Assembly: GCA_020137815.1 (NCBI GenBank)
Contig: CM035357.1
Coordinates: 7,192,001-7,256,000, forward strand
Direction of reading: 5' to 3'
Source: Hormiphora californensis
Lineage: Eukaryota > Animalia > Ctenophora
DNA length: 64,000 bases
Shown: positions 1 to 17,822 of the stretch, piece by piece
Layout of the letters: each line of letters begins with the position of its first letter
Numbering within the stretch: the first letter of the stretch is position 1
The notes under the pieces: model-generated
Databases searched by the model: none
Told to the model about the DNA's origin: nothing
Seen by the model: the letters and a program-made list of their open reading frames with translations, nothing else
Made by a program: the position numbers and the translations under genes

Positions 1-196
1 TGAACTCTTAAATAATATACCCTCATAAAATTATTACGGGATGCCATATTTTTAACTGTTTTTAAAACTCGTGTCATGTGTTTATTTGATATACAACGTT
101 GTTCTTCGTCTAATAATATTTTCATGTCAAACATATTATGTGTGTGTTTATGTCTCCAGTTGTCCAATCCACATAATTGTCTCCCATTTGTGTGAC

Positions 197-297
197 ATAG
201 TCGGACCCGATTTATCGGGATGCTCGGAGAAAGGGTTTTTCCCGGTAAATCGGGGTTCCGGTATATCGGGGCCCGGTAAATCGGGGTCCAACTGTAC
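197..297. mobile_element. Short Tc1/mariner-type MITE
   Basis: Imperfect TIR AGTCGGACCCGATTTATCGGG ... CCCGGTAAATCGGGGTCCAACTG followed by TA; internal repeats of CCGGTAAATCGGGG. Confidence 0.55.
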
Positions 298-519
298 ATA
301 ATATCCCTTCATCATGGAATATAACCTACGTGCTAGACAGTATAATATCTGCATATTTCAGGTCTTTTATCCCAATGGAAGTTAAAATTTATTCCCATTC
401 CTGGGAATTAGTTCTTTTGGCGGTGTTGCACTAGAAATTAATGGCCTCCCCTGCTTGACCCAGTCGCCACATTAATAATAGTATGCAGTTTAGTGTTGCA
501 GGATAGGGTCTAACTAATC

Positions 520-629
520 CAGGAACCGACCGAATCATGAAATACTGGTCCCTGATTGGCTGATTACCAGTCACGTGACCTAAATAACGAGTTTCTGATT
601 GGTTGTTTACTTGTTTCGGTCGGTTCCTG
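520..629. mobile_element. 110-bp hAT-like MITE
   Basis: TIR CAGGAACCGACCGAA ... TTCGGTCGGTTCCTG; degenerate 8-bp flanks AACTAATC/AATTAAGC. Confidence 0.75.
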
Positions 630-769
630 AATTAAGCCATGATGTCGATTTTATCCCTTCTTCATGATTATACCGCTGATGCATTATATACCGGATACCC
701 CCACTATAATCCCTCTTTTCCCAATTAAAATCCCCCTCTTTCTAATGCCCTCTACTCTAGTATGGCAAG

Positions 770-1828
770 ATGGGTGCAAGTTCAGGAGTCACAGAGGAGA
801 ATGTATACGTGATGCAGATAGACTCGGCGAAGGGTACAACAGAAACACAAAACCATCATGCCGCCCCCACAGACAACACCGTGAATAACAATTGTAACAA
901 CCATTGCTTCAACCCAGCCCCATTAAATGAGGGTGGACCTTCCCCAAAGTGGTATGTTATATTCAGCGCCCCTGATATATATTGATTCACCAATAGATCA
1001 TATTGTGTTGTATTCGATATTATAGCTGGACTAGTGGACTAATTCCTTTGTTTATATTAGTGCTTGTCGAGCCTGATTCATATTGTTATTTTAATGCGGT
1101 TGTCCTAATATATATCGCATTTTACGAGTTTCCCTGTGCATAAAATGCATATTTAATAAAATATGCGTTTTTCGCCTCAGTTTTTATCAAGGAGTAGGAC
1201 TATTACATTAGCTTGTGATTCTTGGGATAACGAGAACAACACTGAATATCAGGCTATTTTCTAGTTTAATAATATATTCCAATAAGGAAATATATACCGC
1301 TATCCCTCTATTAAATCCCACATGTAACGAGCTCCTTCTCAGTAAGGGTAAAGTGAAGGACACGACCCCAGAGCACCGACCTATGGGTGTCTCCCAAACA
1401 CCCACAGGAACCACCATGCCGCCACCCCTGGTGACACCCCTAGTGACACCATCCGCGGAAACAAAGTCCCTGCCTGAGCACACCCGCAAGGGCAGCTCCA
1501 GCAGCTTCAAGACGAACGGGAGTGCTAAAAAGGGCGACACATTGTCTAGGTAAGATGTTACAAGTTTAAACAAGAAGTTTTGTTCAAGCTCCAGATAAAT
1601 TTTTCGAGCACTGTCACCAGCAACCCTAAGTATAGGTACATTGTTAGGAATACTTTCAATCGTTGTCTGTCACTATATCGATAAGATTCTCACACAGTGT
1701 GCTTTCCCACTATAACAGCAGCACTGTCGGCCCCTCCTTCTTTTATTTTATTTCTCCTGTTTCTTCTCTCGAACAGTGACTCCGCTTTATAATAATTGCA
1801 ATATTTATATATATTCTCTCCCTCTCTT

Positions 1829-1907
<79 letters not shown>

Positions 1908-3469
1908 CTCTCTATCTCTCCGTTTCGTGCAATCTCTCTCGTTCCAGGCTCGATAAATGGTTAATACTATCTCTTAGATTTTATGCGTTGATGCGTCTGT
2001 AAAGTTGCTAAAACGTTTGCATATACTTGTTATTTCTGTCTCTCTCTGTCTTTGTCTCTCTTCCTCTCTCCCCATTCTTCTCTTGAGCTCTATGAAATTG
2101 TCCTCCCTTCCTTTTTCTCGTTACTACATCATTTCTAAAAAGGATCGGGACACCCTCCTGCTGGCCTTTAGCCGGATTACCCTAAGTTATTAAGTCATTC
2201 AAGTTATCCGGTACCCATCATTACACTAATTGGTCATATATCCTGTCCTGACTCATCAAACCTCATACCCCCTGACCTGTCCTAGTTTCTCTCTCTCTCT
2301 CTCCCTCTCTCTCTCTCTATCTCTCTCTCTCTCTCTCTCCTCCTCCTCTCCTCCCTTCCTTTCCTCCTCTCCCTCCTCTCCTCTCTCATCTCCTCTTGCT
2401 CTCTCTCTCTCTCCATCTTCACCTCTTCAATCTCTCTCCTCGCTCATCGATCTTCTACGCCGGCCTCTCTCCTCTTACCATGTTCTTTGCGAATCCCTTA
2501 ATTATCAGTCACTCACATGATTCTCGCACCCGATATCGAGATTTAGCCAGGTTTTGTGGATAGTTTCTTAATCACCACTCTAACTCCTGTGGTTTCCGGG
2601 CGCTTTAGCCGGTGGTCATAACCCTCTCGACCACTGTGTACTTTGATCCCCTCTTATATTACATTTATATAAATATCATTCTAACGGAACCCCGACATAA
2701 AACCTAGAACCCATTATATTAGTACCAAAAGTCTTTATAATAGTCATTCTTTAGAACCCCACTCTCTCTACTCTCTTACTCTTATAATATGCATTTTCCA
2801 CAACCGCTCTAGAAACTTCTACAACTTGTGAACTTTCCCATTATTCAATATACCCCCCCCTCAAATACTGCTACGACTTAAACCAAAATCCGATACTAAC
2901 TAAGAACTACTTATCTTATTATAATCTCTTTTCCTCAACACCACTGGTCGATATCCTCTCACTCGTAGAAACTGGCAACTCCTCCTTCTGTATGCGAATA
3001 CTTAAACCACCCCGCTCTGCTGTGGTTGCTTTAATCATCTCATCAACTCAACAGACGAGATGACCCTTGCCGGAGTGCGAGGAAAGGAAGCCCAATGTTT
3101 TAGAACAACCTGATGGTGTAAATTCAATCAAATAGAGTAAAACTGATGTCCGAAAGGTATAGTGTCTCTACTAAATAACCTCTTATTGCTGTATCATAGA
3201 GTAACTGTAGCAGCGAGCTGCAGCCAATCACAGTCCACCATTTCAATCACGTGACCTATTTCGGCCAATCAGAGTCAGACATTGTAACCACATGATATGA
3301 ACTCAACGAATGTAAGATTGGATTCGAGCCAGCAAGTGTTGCGCCGCACACACCCGCACTTCCGGCACTAAATACTGTTTTAGAAGAAGGGACACAAGGG
3401 ACCGTTATTTAGGGATTAGGATGAAAGTTTAGGGACTTGGTTGTGGTAAATGGGTTGCATATGTCTCTC

Positions 3470-3541
<72 letters not shown>

Positions 3542-4356
3542 TTAGTGGTCTATTTTGAATTTTTCAAAATGTTTGTTTTCACTAATTATATCTAATGGTT
3601 TCAGGATTTGGATGTGTTATTTGACCGGAGTACATCGTTTTACAACAGCCTGATTTTACCAATCTACGCCGGTGGGATCAACCACGGTCAGGTAAAAGAG
3701 GATGAGAAATAAGTCATTAATGTAGGTGGACCATCCTTAATTGAATAATAAAATGTTCTATTCTCCTATCCTTCCCCAATTGTCTCCCAACCCACTGACG
3801 TAGGGCTTTCTTTCAACCTCAGTTTGGGCGAGGTTGCAGCATTGTGAGGGGTATAATAGTTTTACTGCTCTTAGTACCCCCGGGGTCTGTGACGTAGAAT
3901 CATTTCTACTATTATGTTGGATTCTTCCATTCTCTCCACCCCCATTATATATTTCCCTGTATTGTCCTCTATCCAAGACTCTTGTATTCTTTATAGTTCT
4001 GTCGAAATATAGCCCGGCCCTATTCTTCAGAAATGCCCTTTTATTTCCAGGTTTCCACTGACCACTCCCTCTCGTTCCTATTGTTCCTGACCCCTCTTTA
4101 TTTCAGGTCCAGGATCATTACCCCTTCCTTGCAACACACCAGACACTGATCTATGATGAAGAGAAGGTGGATGGAATAGTGAAAAAGATGAAAATTCTCT
4201 TAGGTACAATTAAATTCGTTTTAATTTTAATTAATTGTTGTGTAACACCCTTTTTTCCCTTTTCTCGTTTCCGCATCTGTCTGTGAGTCTGTGGTTGGTG
4301 ACCAGTTTAATGTGGTTGAATCATATGCTCTCTCCCTTTCTTTCTCTCTCTTTCTT

Positions 4357-4419
<63 letters not shown>

Positions 4420-5340
4420 CTCTCTCTTTCTCTCTCTCCCTCTCTCTCTCTCTCCCTCCTTCTCCCTCCTGATTTATCGTGATCTATCTTTAGCGCTTTG
4501 TAGTTTAGCTCTCCGTTCTATGAACAGTACATCAATTACCACTGTCATTTCAGAAAAGAGGAAGAACCGGGGTCCAGTCAGACCTACGACCCTCGCCCCT
4601 AAGACACCCTCCACCAATACCTCTTCAACTCTAACCTCCTCGCCTCATCACCACGGTAGCTGTGCCTCTGAAGTTAAGGTTTGTTAGTAACGCGCACACC
4701 CCCTTGTGTTATGTGGAGAGTAGGGCATAGCGCGAGGAATAGTCCGCGCGCTCTTTGCATAATTATGTACCCTACGCATATTCCTCCCTCCCTCCTACAC
4801 ACTTGCATATATTCCTCTCCTTCTTTCTCAGAGCGTCTCTGACATACATGTCACTGTGGAAGGTGATTCCCCGGTCGGCTTGGTTTGTACCAGACCAAGT
4901 TCCCTGTCCATTGACAAGCCCAGCTCGAGTGGTGATGGTGCATCGACCTCCTCCGCTGAACCCCCAACCCAGGTATTTATAACAGGGGGCTAAACAGGTG
5001 AATTGAGCTGGTTTCTCGGGTTACAATTCTTCTCATTTCCAATTATATATCTTCATTTACCTTACCAGTGATTTGCAAGACATATCTTGTACATATATCT
5101 GGACACGGTGTCACCCTACACATTTATACATGTGCTTCTGTGTGAGAGATCGGTCTGCATAAAATACCTCACATTCATGAAAGACTCCCCCTCTTTTTCT
5201 AGGACACGCCTAGTAAGCCTAATGGGGTGTTGCGTCACAGCAACAATCCTAAAACATCGAGTGTTAAGAAAACGTTACGCTTTAATCCAGATACAAAGGT
5301 AGGATACTTCGCCGGGTGCTTGTGTGTGTGAGAGAGAGGG

Positions 5341-5423
<83 letters not shown>

Positions 5424-5653
5424 AGACTGAGACTGAGACTGAGACTGAGACTGAGACTGAGACTGAGACTGAGACTGAGACTGAGACTGAGACTGAGACT
5501 GAGACTGAGACTGAGACTGAGACTGAGACTGAGACTGAGACTGAGACTGAGACTGAGACTGAGACTGAGACTGAGACTGAGACTGAGACTGAGACTGAGA
5601 CTGAGACTGAGACTGAGACTGAGACTGAGACTGAGACTAAGACTGAGACTGAG

Positions 5654-5722
<69 letters not shown>

Positions 5723-7731
5723 CAGAAAGAGACAGAGACAGACAGAGACAGAGACAGAGACTGAGACTGAGACAGCGAGGAGTGTTGGTTTTGAAGGTGT
5801 GTCTGTGTGAGCCATGAAATAATAAACATCTGCTTTTATACTCTCGTAAGGAAGCAGGTCTGCTTATAATGCTTTATAGGTTACACCCCAATAAGTGTCT
5901 CCAATTTCTTATTTCCATACTGTTGTAGGTGTTGCGAAAAGAGCCAGAGTACAGGCAAGATGGGAAGGTTAACCATTGCTGTCATTGTGGCCCCCTCTCC
6001 GGCAAGTACAGGTTGTGTGAGATGGAGGCACTACACCAGTCTCGCATTGCAGAGGATCACGTGGCGGGTAGTTCTAGTGATGAGGAGGAGGATGATAGTG
6101 AGGATGAGGATGAGGTTAGAATGGAAAGGGAGTGATTGAGACGTGGAGAAAGAGAGGGATACAATGTTTGAGTGACATAACCATATATAAATAATTGGCC
6201 CCCTCCCTTTTCCCAGGCTCTGTTATCTGACCCTCTCTATATCCCAGGCTCTGTTATCTGACCCCCTCTATTTCCCAGGCTCTGTTATCTGATCCCTCTA
6301 TTTCCCAGGCTCTGTTATCTGATCCCCTCTATTTCCCAGGCTCTGTTATCTGATCCTCTCTATTTCCCAGGCTCTGTTATCTGATCCCCTCTATTTCCCA
6401 GGCTCTGTTATCTGATCCCTTCTATTTCCCAGGCTCTGTTATCTGACCCCCTCTATTTCCCAGGCTCTGTTATCTGATCCCCTCTATTTCCCAGGCTCTG
6501 TTATCTGATCCCCTCTATTTCCCAGGCTCTGTTATCTGATCCCTTCTATTTCCCAGGCTCTGTTATCTGATCCCTTCTATTTCCCAGGCTCTGTTATCTG
6601 ACCCCCTCTATTTCCCAGGCTCTGTTATCCGACCCCTCTATTTCCCAGGCTCTGTTATCTGATCCCCTCTATTTCCCAGGCTCTGTTATCTGATCCCCTC
6701 TATTTCCCAGGCTCTGTTATCTGATCCCCTCTATTTCCCAGGCTCTGTTATCTGATCCCTTCTATTTCCCAGGCTCTGTTATCTGATCCCTTCTATTTCC
6801 CAGGCTCTGTTATCTGACCCCCTCTATTTCCCAGGCTCTGTTATCCGACCCCTCTATTTCCCAGGCTCTGTTATCTGATCCCTTCTATTTCCCAGGCTCT
6901 GTTATCTGATCCCTTCTATTTCCCAGGCTCTGTTATCTGATCCCCTCTATTTCCCAGGCTCTGTTATCTGATCCCCATCTGCTGAATGAAATTCTCCCTA
7001 ATGAGATCAACTCGATACCCTATCAGCTGCTCCGGGACCTTTCAATCCTAATGGACCCTTTATCAACTGCAGGCAGTGATTTTACCTCTCTTGCAGCTAA
7101 AATAGGGTTCTGTGCACCTTACATCAAGTAAGTGACATAAAATATATCAAATCATACTGTATCGTTTCATGTATACAATGGCCCCTAATGCTGCATTTTC
7201 GCAACGTGTTCGTCTAGTCATCGCGCGTCGCGGGCTGCCCCGCCAGCCCTCCAAACCCGGGTGAACAAGCTAACAATAGTGCAATTACATGCACGCGATG
7301 TAGTATATCGCATGTAATTTCACTATTGTTAGCTTGTTCACCCGGGTTTGGAGGGCTGGCGAGGCAGCCCGCGACGCGCGATGACTAGACGAACACGTTC
7401 CGAGAAAGGAGCATTATGGGCTCAGTCGAGTAACAAGCACCCCTTAAATTACTTGTTGTATTCTAACCCTCCCTTTGCATTTCGCGTGCGAGGCTCGCGA
7501 AAGGCAGTATAGCTTGGCAACCTATTACTTCAAAATCAGTCTCTAACCCTTTGTTCTCCTATCAGTTATCTGAAGGCCCTGAACATCAAAACGAACAGCC
7601 CCTTTCAAGAGGTGTTGCGAGTTTGGGCGGACTCAGCGCCCGATGCAACAGTAGGAGATCTGGTGTATCTTCTAGCGGAGATAAAGCGTTACGACGCTGT
7701 AACAGAGATTCGAGACTTTTACCAACTGTGA
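770..7731 (+). CDS. Multi-exon protein with C-terminal death domain and a possible central TIR-like segment
   Basis: GT-AG exons join in frame: 770-951, 1343-1549, [unresolved 1550-3604], 3605-3691, 4107-4203, 4554-4678, 4832-4972, 5203-5298, 5929-6114, 6958-7127, 7566-7731. The last two exons encode [28 protein letters not shown]...[35 protein letters not shown], a typical death-domain pattern. Confidence 0.75.
5344..5771. repeat. Compound (GA)n/(GAGACT)n microsatellite in intron
   Basis: Direct reading; roughly 40 GAGACT units between GA tracts. Other (CT)n/(GA)n tracts occur at about 1.82-1.92, 3.46-3.54, 4.33-4.46, 12.4-12.96, 17.46-17.52 and 29.66-29.75 kb. Confidence 0.95.
6208..6975 (+). 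repeat. 31-bp tandem minisatellite (about 25 copies) spanning a 3' splice site
   Basis: Unit CTATTTCCCAG|GCTCTGTTATCTGATCCCCT, with a few 30-bp variants. Confidence 0.95.
7180..7420. mobile_element. Palindromic (foldback) MITE in intron
   Basis: About 110-bp inverted arms, e.g. CCAGCCCTCCAAACCCGGGTGAACAAGCTAACAATAGTG / CACTATTGTTAGCTTGTTCACCCGGGTTTGGAGGGCTGG. Confidence 0.85.
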
Positions 7732-8493
7732 TGTCATAATGTTTTCACTTTTCACACCCAAAGATTTTCTGCCCTCTCACTCTTCAAGTTGTTGACCTTC
7801 GCGGTGACGAACTTTTTCCTTTTTCCGACAGAATATTTTCACATGTATTTTTGGTCGTGAAAGGGTGAGAGAGAGAGGAGGAGAGGGGGGAGATGGAGAG
7901 AAATAAGATTCTATACGATTAGATACGATGTTAGAATATAACTTATTTCCCGACCGATATTTTGTTGAAACCCCAATCCCGTCTTGAATCCCGTCTTTTA
8001 GTCTCCGCTTCTGTTTCTTCTTTCTCTACCTCTCTTTCTCCATATCCCTCTCTTTCTCTCTCCCTTTTTTCTTTTGTCTCCCGAACGTTTTTTGGTATAT
8101 TGTTTTTTTTCGAGGGCTAAGTTTGCTTTAAAGAGTTGTCTTGTTTAGTATTGAGGAAAATTGAGAGACTGACTAGAATTGTGTCTCCCTTTTTTTGTCT
8201 TATAATGAAGAATGGTTAGGACGATATATTCTCTCTTATATGACTAGGATGTTAGTCAATAGAAAGATATATCGTCTTCCCATTGCCTTCATTGTCAGAT
8301 CAAAAGGAGGCTAAAAGATTTGATAAGTACGTGTTTAGATGCCTACTATGTTCCTTTAGACGGCAGATATGTCATATTTGAACCCCTGTGTAATGCAGTT
8401 TGGTTGCATCGTGGTAGATAATGTTAATACTATACGGTGTGATAAGTTACAGTTATAATATTAACACTATCTACCACCACTGCACCCTCATTA

Positions 8494-9443
8494 TAGTAGA
8501 GTCGATAAGCAAACTCACCTCCTCTGATTTCAATGAAACTTCTCTCATGCTAAAATATAATATAATATAATGGGGGTACAAATACCGCTTATTTTGAGTC
8601 CGGAAAACTTTTGGTTCGTTAATTATCGCTAATTGAAAAACGCCAAAATGGCCTAAAATTGCCCTTAACATGGTTTTGAAATTTTGGAGTTGGAACTCCA
8701 GACTTCGTAGAGATGTCCGCTAGGATGCCAAAATGCACCAAAAGTGGGCTCAGGCCCAAATTCGTCCGAATTTTTGCGTAAGACCGGATGGACTGAATTT
8801 TGGTCACGTGACTTCGGCTAACTTCTGAACCATTGAAGTAAGGGAGGTTTATAGGGGGCTTAATCGATGCAGAAAGAGATAAAAATGAGACGAAATGACC
8901 TTCTTTTTCATCTCCGACGTGCATGAAAGGCACAAATGGCAAAACAAAATTGACGCCATCTAGTCTCCCGCTCTTTTTTTCAAAACTCTAACTTCTGAAC
9001 CGTTGGAGTAAGGAATATTTATAGGGGGCTTAAAAGATGCAGAAAAGAAAAAAATGAGACGAAATGACCTTCTTTTTCATCTCCGACGTGCATGAAAGGC
9101 ACAAATAGCAAAAAACTGATTTTGGAGCCAATTCACGTGACCAAAATTCAGTCCATCCGGTCTTACGCAAAAATTCGGACGAATTTGGGCCTGAGCCCAC
9201 TTTTGGTGCATTTTGGCATCCTAGCGGACATCTCTACGAAGTCTGGAGTTCCAACTCCAAAATTTCAAAACCATGTTAAGGGCAATTTTAGGCCATTTTG
9301 GCGTTTTTCAAATAGCGATAATTAACGAACCAAAAGTTTTCCGGACTCAAAATAAGCGGTATTTGTACCCCCATTACCATATTTTAGCATGGGAGGAGTT
9401 TCAGCGAAATCAGAGGAGGTGAGTTTGCTTATCGACTCTACTA
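8494..9443. mobile_element. Long-TIR non-autonomous DNA transposon with TTA TSD (PIF/Harbinger-type)
   Basis: About 310-bp inverted arms starting TAGTAGAGTCGATAAGCAAACTCACC; TTA at 8491-8493 and 9444-9446; internal direct repeat of about 125 bp. Confidence 0.85.
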
Positions 9444-10029
9444 TTAATATATGGGACTTTTAGAACATCCCCATATTTTTCCGTCTCTGTGTGTCCCCCT
9501 ACTTTCTCTCTATTATTGCAATAGTTTTGATACTTCTAAAATTTTATCCTATACCCTCTTTAACTACTATATTTTTTGTTGTCATCATGAAGCGACAGAG
9601 ATATTTATCAAGTATCAACCTTCTGAACCGTTTAACTATCATCTGTCTCTTGCTGGGAACGCTCCTACAATTTTCTATCTCAGATTTGAGAAAGTGTGGG
9701 CACTATTATAGAGCTCCCTATTTTTTCACAATAACAAGTGATATTATATTCACACAAAGAGCACATGTCACACACTGTGTTAAACACTGTAAAAATATTC
9801 TTGTACACAACGCACACACTTGATGAGAGCTGTCCCCTCTTTTCTTTAGTTGGGGAATGAGAAGATGATGATGTTTTTTTGCAACACCAAGTTTGTTTTA
9901 CACACCAATACATTGAGTGTGTCCATTCGTGTCTCTGTCTCTCTTTTTTTGAGTTGCAAAAGTTGCCATTCCTCAACAAAAAACCAGAAAATATCAGTGT
10001 TTGAATCTTTGTCCCACAAACCCTTTTTT

Positions 10030-10200
10030 ACCTGAACTGACTGCCCCTGTGAGAGCATTGGCCTGACCCTATTCTCATTTCTCTCAAATAGAGCAAGAAC
10101 TGATATGTGGTCAAAGCATGAGCATTGGCCTGACAGGTGAGACCAGGACACTGGATCCAGTGCTGGACAGGTCTTTCCGCCAGACATTGACAGCACAACT
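10030..10200. repeat. Dispersed repeat (GAGCATTGGCCTGAC motif family)
   Basis: GAGCATTGGCCTGAC occurs twice here; an inverted related copy (GTCAGGCCAATGCTCT twice, with GAGAATAGGG) is at about 63928-63985. Confidence 0.6.
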
Positions 10201-10767
10201 TCCAGACACCGGCGTGTGGGCCAGTTCAAAAGCGCGCTCTGTGAACGAATTTCGGTTGAGCCGCGCGAAGGAGACTGCCTCCGTTGCACGGCGCGTCACA
10301 ACCAACAGTGTGCAGCTGTCTATACGATGGGGGAAGATGGCCCTGGTCACAATTGCTTTGTAATTATGAATTATCGGACAATTGGAGATAATGGGACAAT
10401 CAGCCAATAACTAGTTTAGTACGAAATAAAGAGTTTCCTTTACGCAGCACTTAAATAAATAGTCTTCTAAAACAAGAAGATACACAGGAAAAGAGAAAAC
10501 ACAAAATTGTACACACTTAGGAAAAGAATGGATAATATTATTATTATATATTGCGGTGCTCCAGTCAGGGCTTAAACTAAATATCACAAATAAATATTAA
10601 CAATAATAGTTTCATTCAATCTCTTATCATCATTCGACTACCGACCTAACATAGCACACAAATAAAGAGTCACTATGATGCAAGCACAAATACAAAAACA
10701 GCCCAAAAAACATTATTAACTAGCTTTATCCCACATAACGATATATGTCCCTAAATTCCACTCTGAA

Positions 10768-15542
<4,775 letters not shown>

Positions 15543-16019
15543 CGCTACAGCTAGATATTATGGAAGGGTTTTAAAATAGGGCACAGCAAACAGAGTGGCT
15601 AAAAATTCTAAATTTGAAAATCACTAGAGAAGCAATTATACCAAATATAGGAACGAGTCATATCTGAAAGGTTGGTGCGTAGAACGTAAACTGAGTTGCT
15701 AGGGGTGGTAGATGCAACCCAAAGAGCGACATTATGTTGAGCAATGGCTAATCATAAGTGGATCAGAGAGGAAGAGAAGAGAGAGAGAGGGAGAGAGAGA
15801 GAGAGAGAAAAAGGGGGAGAGAGGAGCTAGGAAGAGAAAGAAAAGGGGGGAAAGGAAAACTCCCATAAAAAAAATAAAAAGGGGGGGGGGGGTAAAAGGG
15901 TTCCCCCCCCCAAAAAATTTTTTTAGGGGGGGGCCCCCAAAAAAGGGGGGGAAAAAAAAGGGGGGGGGGGGGGGGGGGGGGGGTGGGAAAAAGAGAACGA
16001 AAAAAGAAAAACCCAATTA

Positions 16020-16959
16020 AGTAACGGTTACTGCCGAATGGATGATAACAACATGTCAATGATCGGATATAACTATCTTTTCTCTCTCTCTCTCTGTAGT
16101 CTGTCTCTCTCTCTCTCTAGCTCTCTGTAGTCTGTCTCTATAATATTCCTCTACCAGACTAACATACGGAGAAAAGTTTTAACAGAGCTCCACTTTTAAA
16201 ATTTCTCTCATTCCCAACACTCATGAGAATCGGTCTCTATTTCTCTTCTTCTTTGCCTCCGGCAAGTCTATTTCTTCCCAACTTAGAAAGGTAACGGCCC
16301 CCCCCCCAACCTACAAACCTTTTCTCCTTCCCCCTCTAGCATTTCCCACACACCTATCCCAATGATATTTATCCCCTTTATGGATTGACATACACATAAA
16401 AATCATCCGCCCGAGATTTTGGTTTTCGTACCGCCATGATCTGGGTGTTATCAGGTTTCCACCGTTTCACAAGATACCCCATTCTCACAAGATGGGCGAA
16501 CACCTGATAAAAATCTATGGATATCCACCGCAGCAGGACGGTGTAAAGATGTTCCAGCGGTAGTGGAATAACCTCCCGGGGACCCAGGAATACTTCCATA
16601 ATTCCAAACTCACACAACAGAAGGGCTTCCTCTGGACAAAACACAAAACCATTCTTGCCCTGGGTGCCCATGAAATGGAATGCGTTACCTTTTGCTTTTC
16701 GTGTCCTACTGACAACATTTCCACCATCTCCACTGATCAGGTCCCCTCTGAAAATACTCCTCTCCTTATTTACAGTTCGTTCCTCGAGCACAGCCCGGTA
16801 CGTTTCCCGGCAACATCGCTCCGTTTCTTGGGACTGTTCGTCAGGGATGAACAGTTTCTCAGGAAGATATTTAGGAAGGTGGGGTGGTTTGAATGCGAGC
16901 TGGAGGACTCTTGGTGGAGGGTCTGGAGGATCCACTCCACTGGTAGACATCATATTCAC
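16020..16959 (-). CDS. TSEN54: tRNA-splicing endonuclease subunit Sen54
   Basis: KGNAFHFMG...FCPEEALLL...YQVFAHLVRMGYLVKRW matches the Sen54 N-terminal domain. The 3' exons are uncertain because of poor sequence. Confidence 0.7.
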
Positions 16960-17465
16960 TACTCAGAGGGAAGGTTGAAAACAGGGAGGGGAAGACGACA
17001 TCAAAGGGGTAGTTTTTATAAACTAGCGCACCCATTGGGTGCGCCTCAAGTAAGGGCTTTTTGATTCGAAAATATTAACAAACTTCCACTGGAAGTTCCA
17101 AAAGTGTGAATGACAGCTTTACAGCTTTGGGCACATAAAGTATTTTATGAAGGAGCACTGTCGCTTAGATACCGCTGAACGAACGGCTTCGACTTCGACG
17201 TCGTTCATCTCCAAATTATAATAGAGATGGATACACACTGTGTATTGCAAAGGGAAGGGTAGGAGGGAAGGAAATGAAAGAAAAGGGAGACGGAGGGTTA
17301 AACGGTAAAAGTAAGGCGGGATTGTAAGAGACAATAATGTAGTTTTCTATAAAGATAGTTAGCAGTAATAAGGGAGGGAGGGAATAAAGAGAGCAATGGA
17401 GAAAGAGATAGAGCGAGATGAATAAAGACGAAAGGGATAATGAAAGCGAAACAGAGAAAGGGAGG

Positions 17466-17525
<60 letters not shown>

Positions 17526-17822
17526 TAGAGATAGACTCTATCATAGAGAGAAATAGAGAGGGAGCCTATAAGTATTCAGTAGAGACTTGAGGTGGTTATA
17601 TGACCTAGCAATTAGGACAAATTGGGCTGCAAAGAAAGTTCTTATAATACACTACTGGCTTTACTGTACAAATCATCATTATAAATATAAATATGAAACC
17701 ACATGCATACTGGTAAAATATATTGCGTCTGATCCGTTGTAATCATAATCACGGTCTGGAAATAAAAACGGAAAAAATGAGTTCTGTCCCACATGAACAC
17801 CACATGTTTCATAATAATCTCT

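Noticed and set aside
5275-5829. Long SL/ER/ET dipeptide ORFs (also at 1.8, 4.3, 12.4-13.0 and 29.5 kb)
   Set aside because: Translations of microsatellites.
6208-6975. CRISPR-like array
   Set aside because: Contiguous repeats with no unique spacers, in a eukaryotic intron, with no cas genes.
8619-9325. Pair of near-identical ORFs on opposite strands
   Set aside because: They are the two arms of a foldback element.
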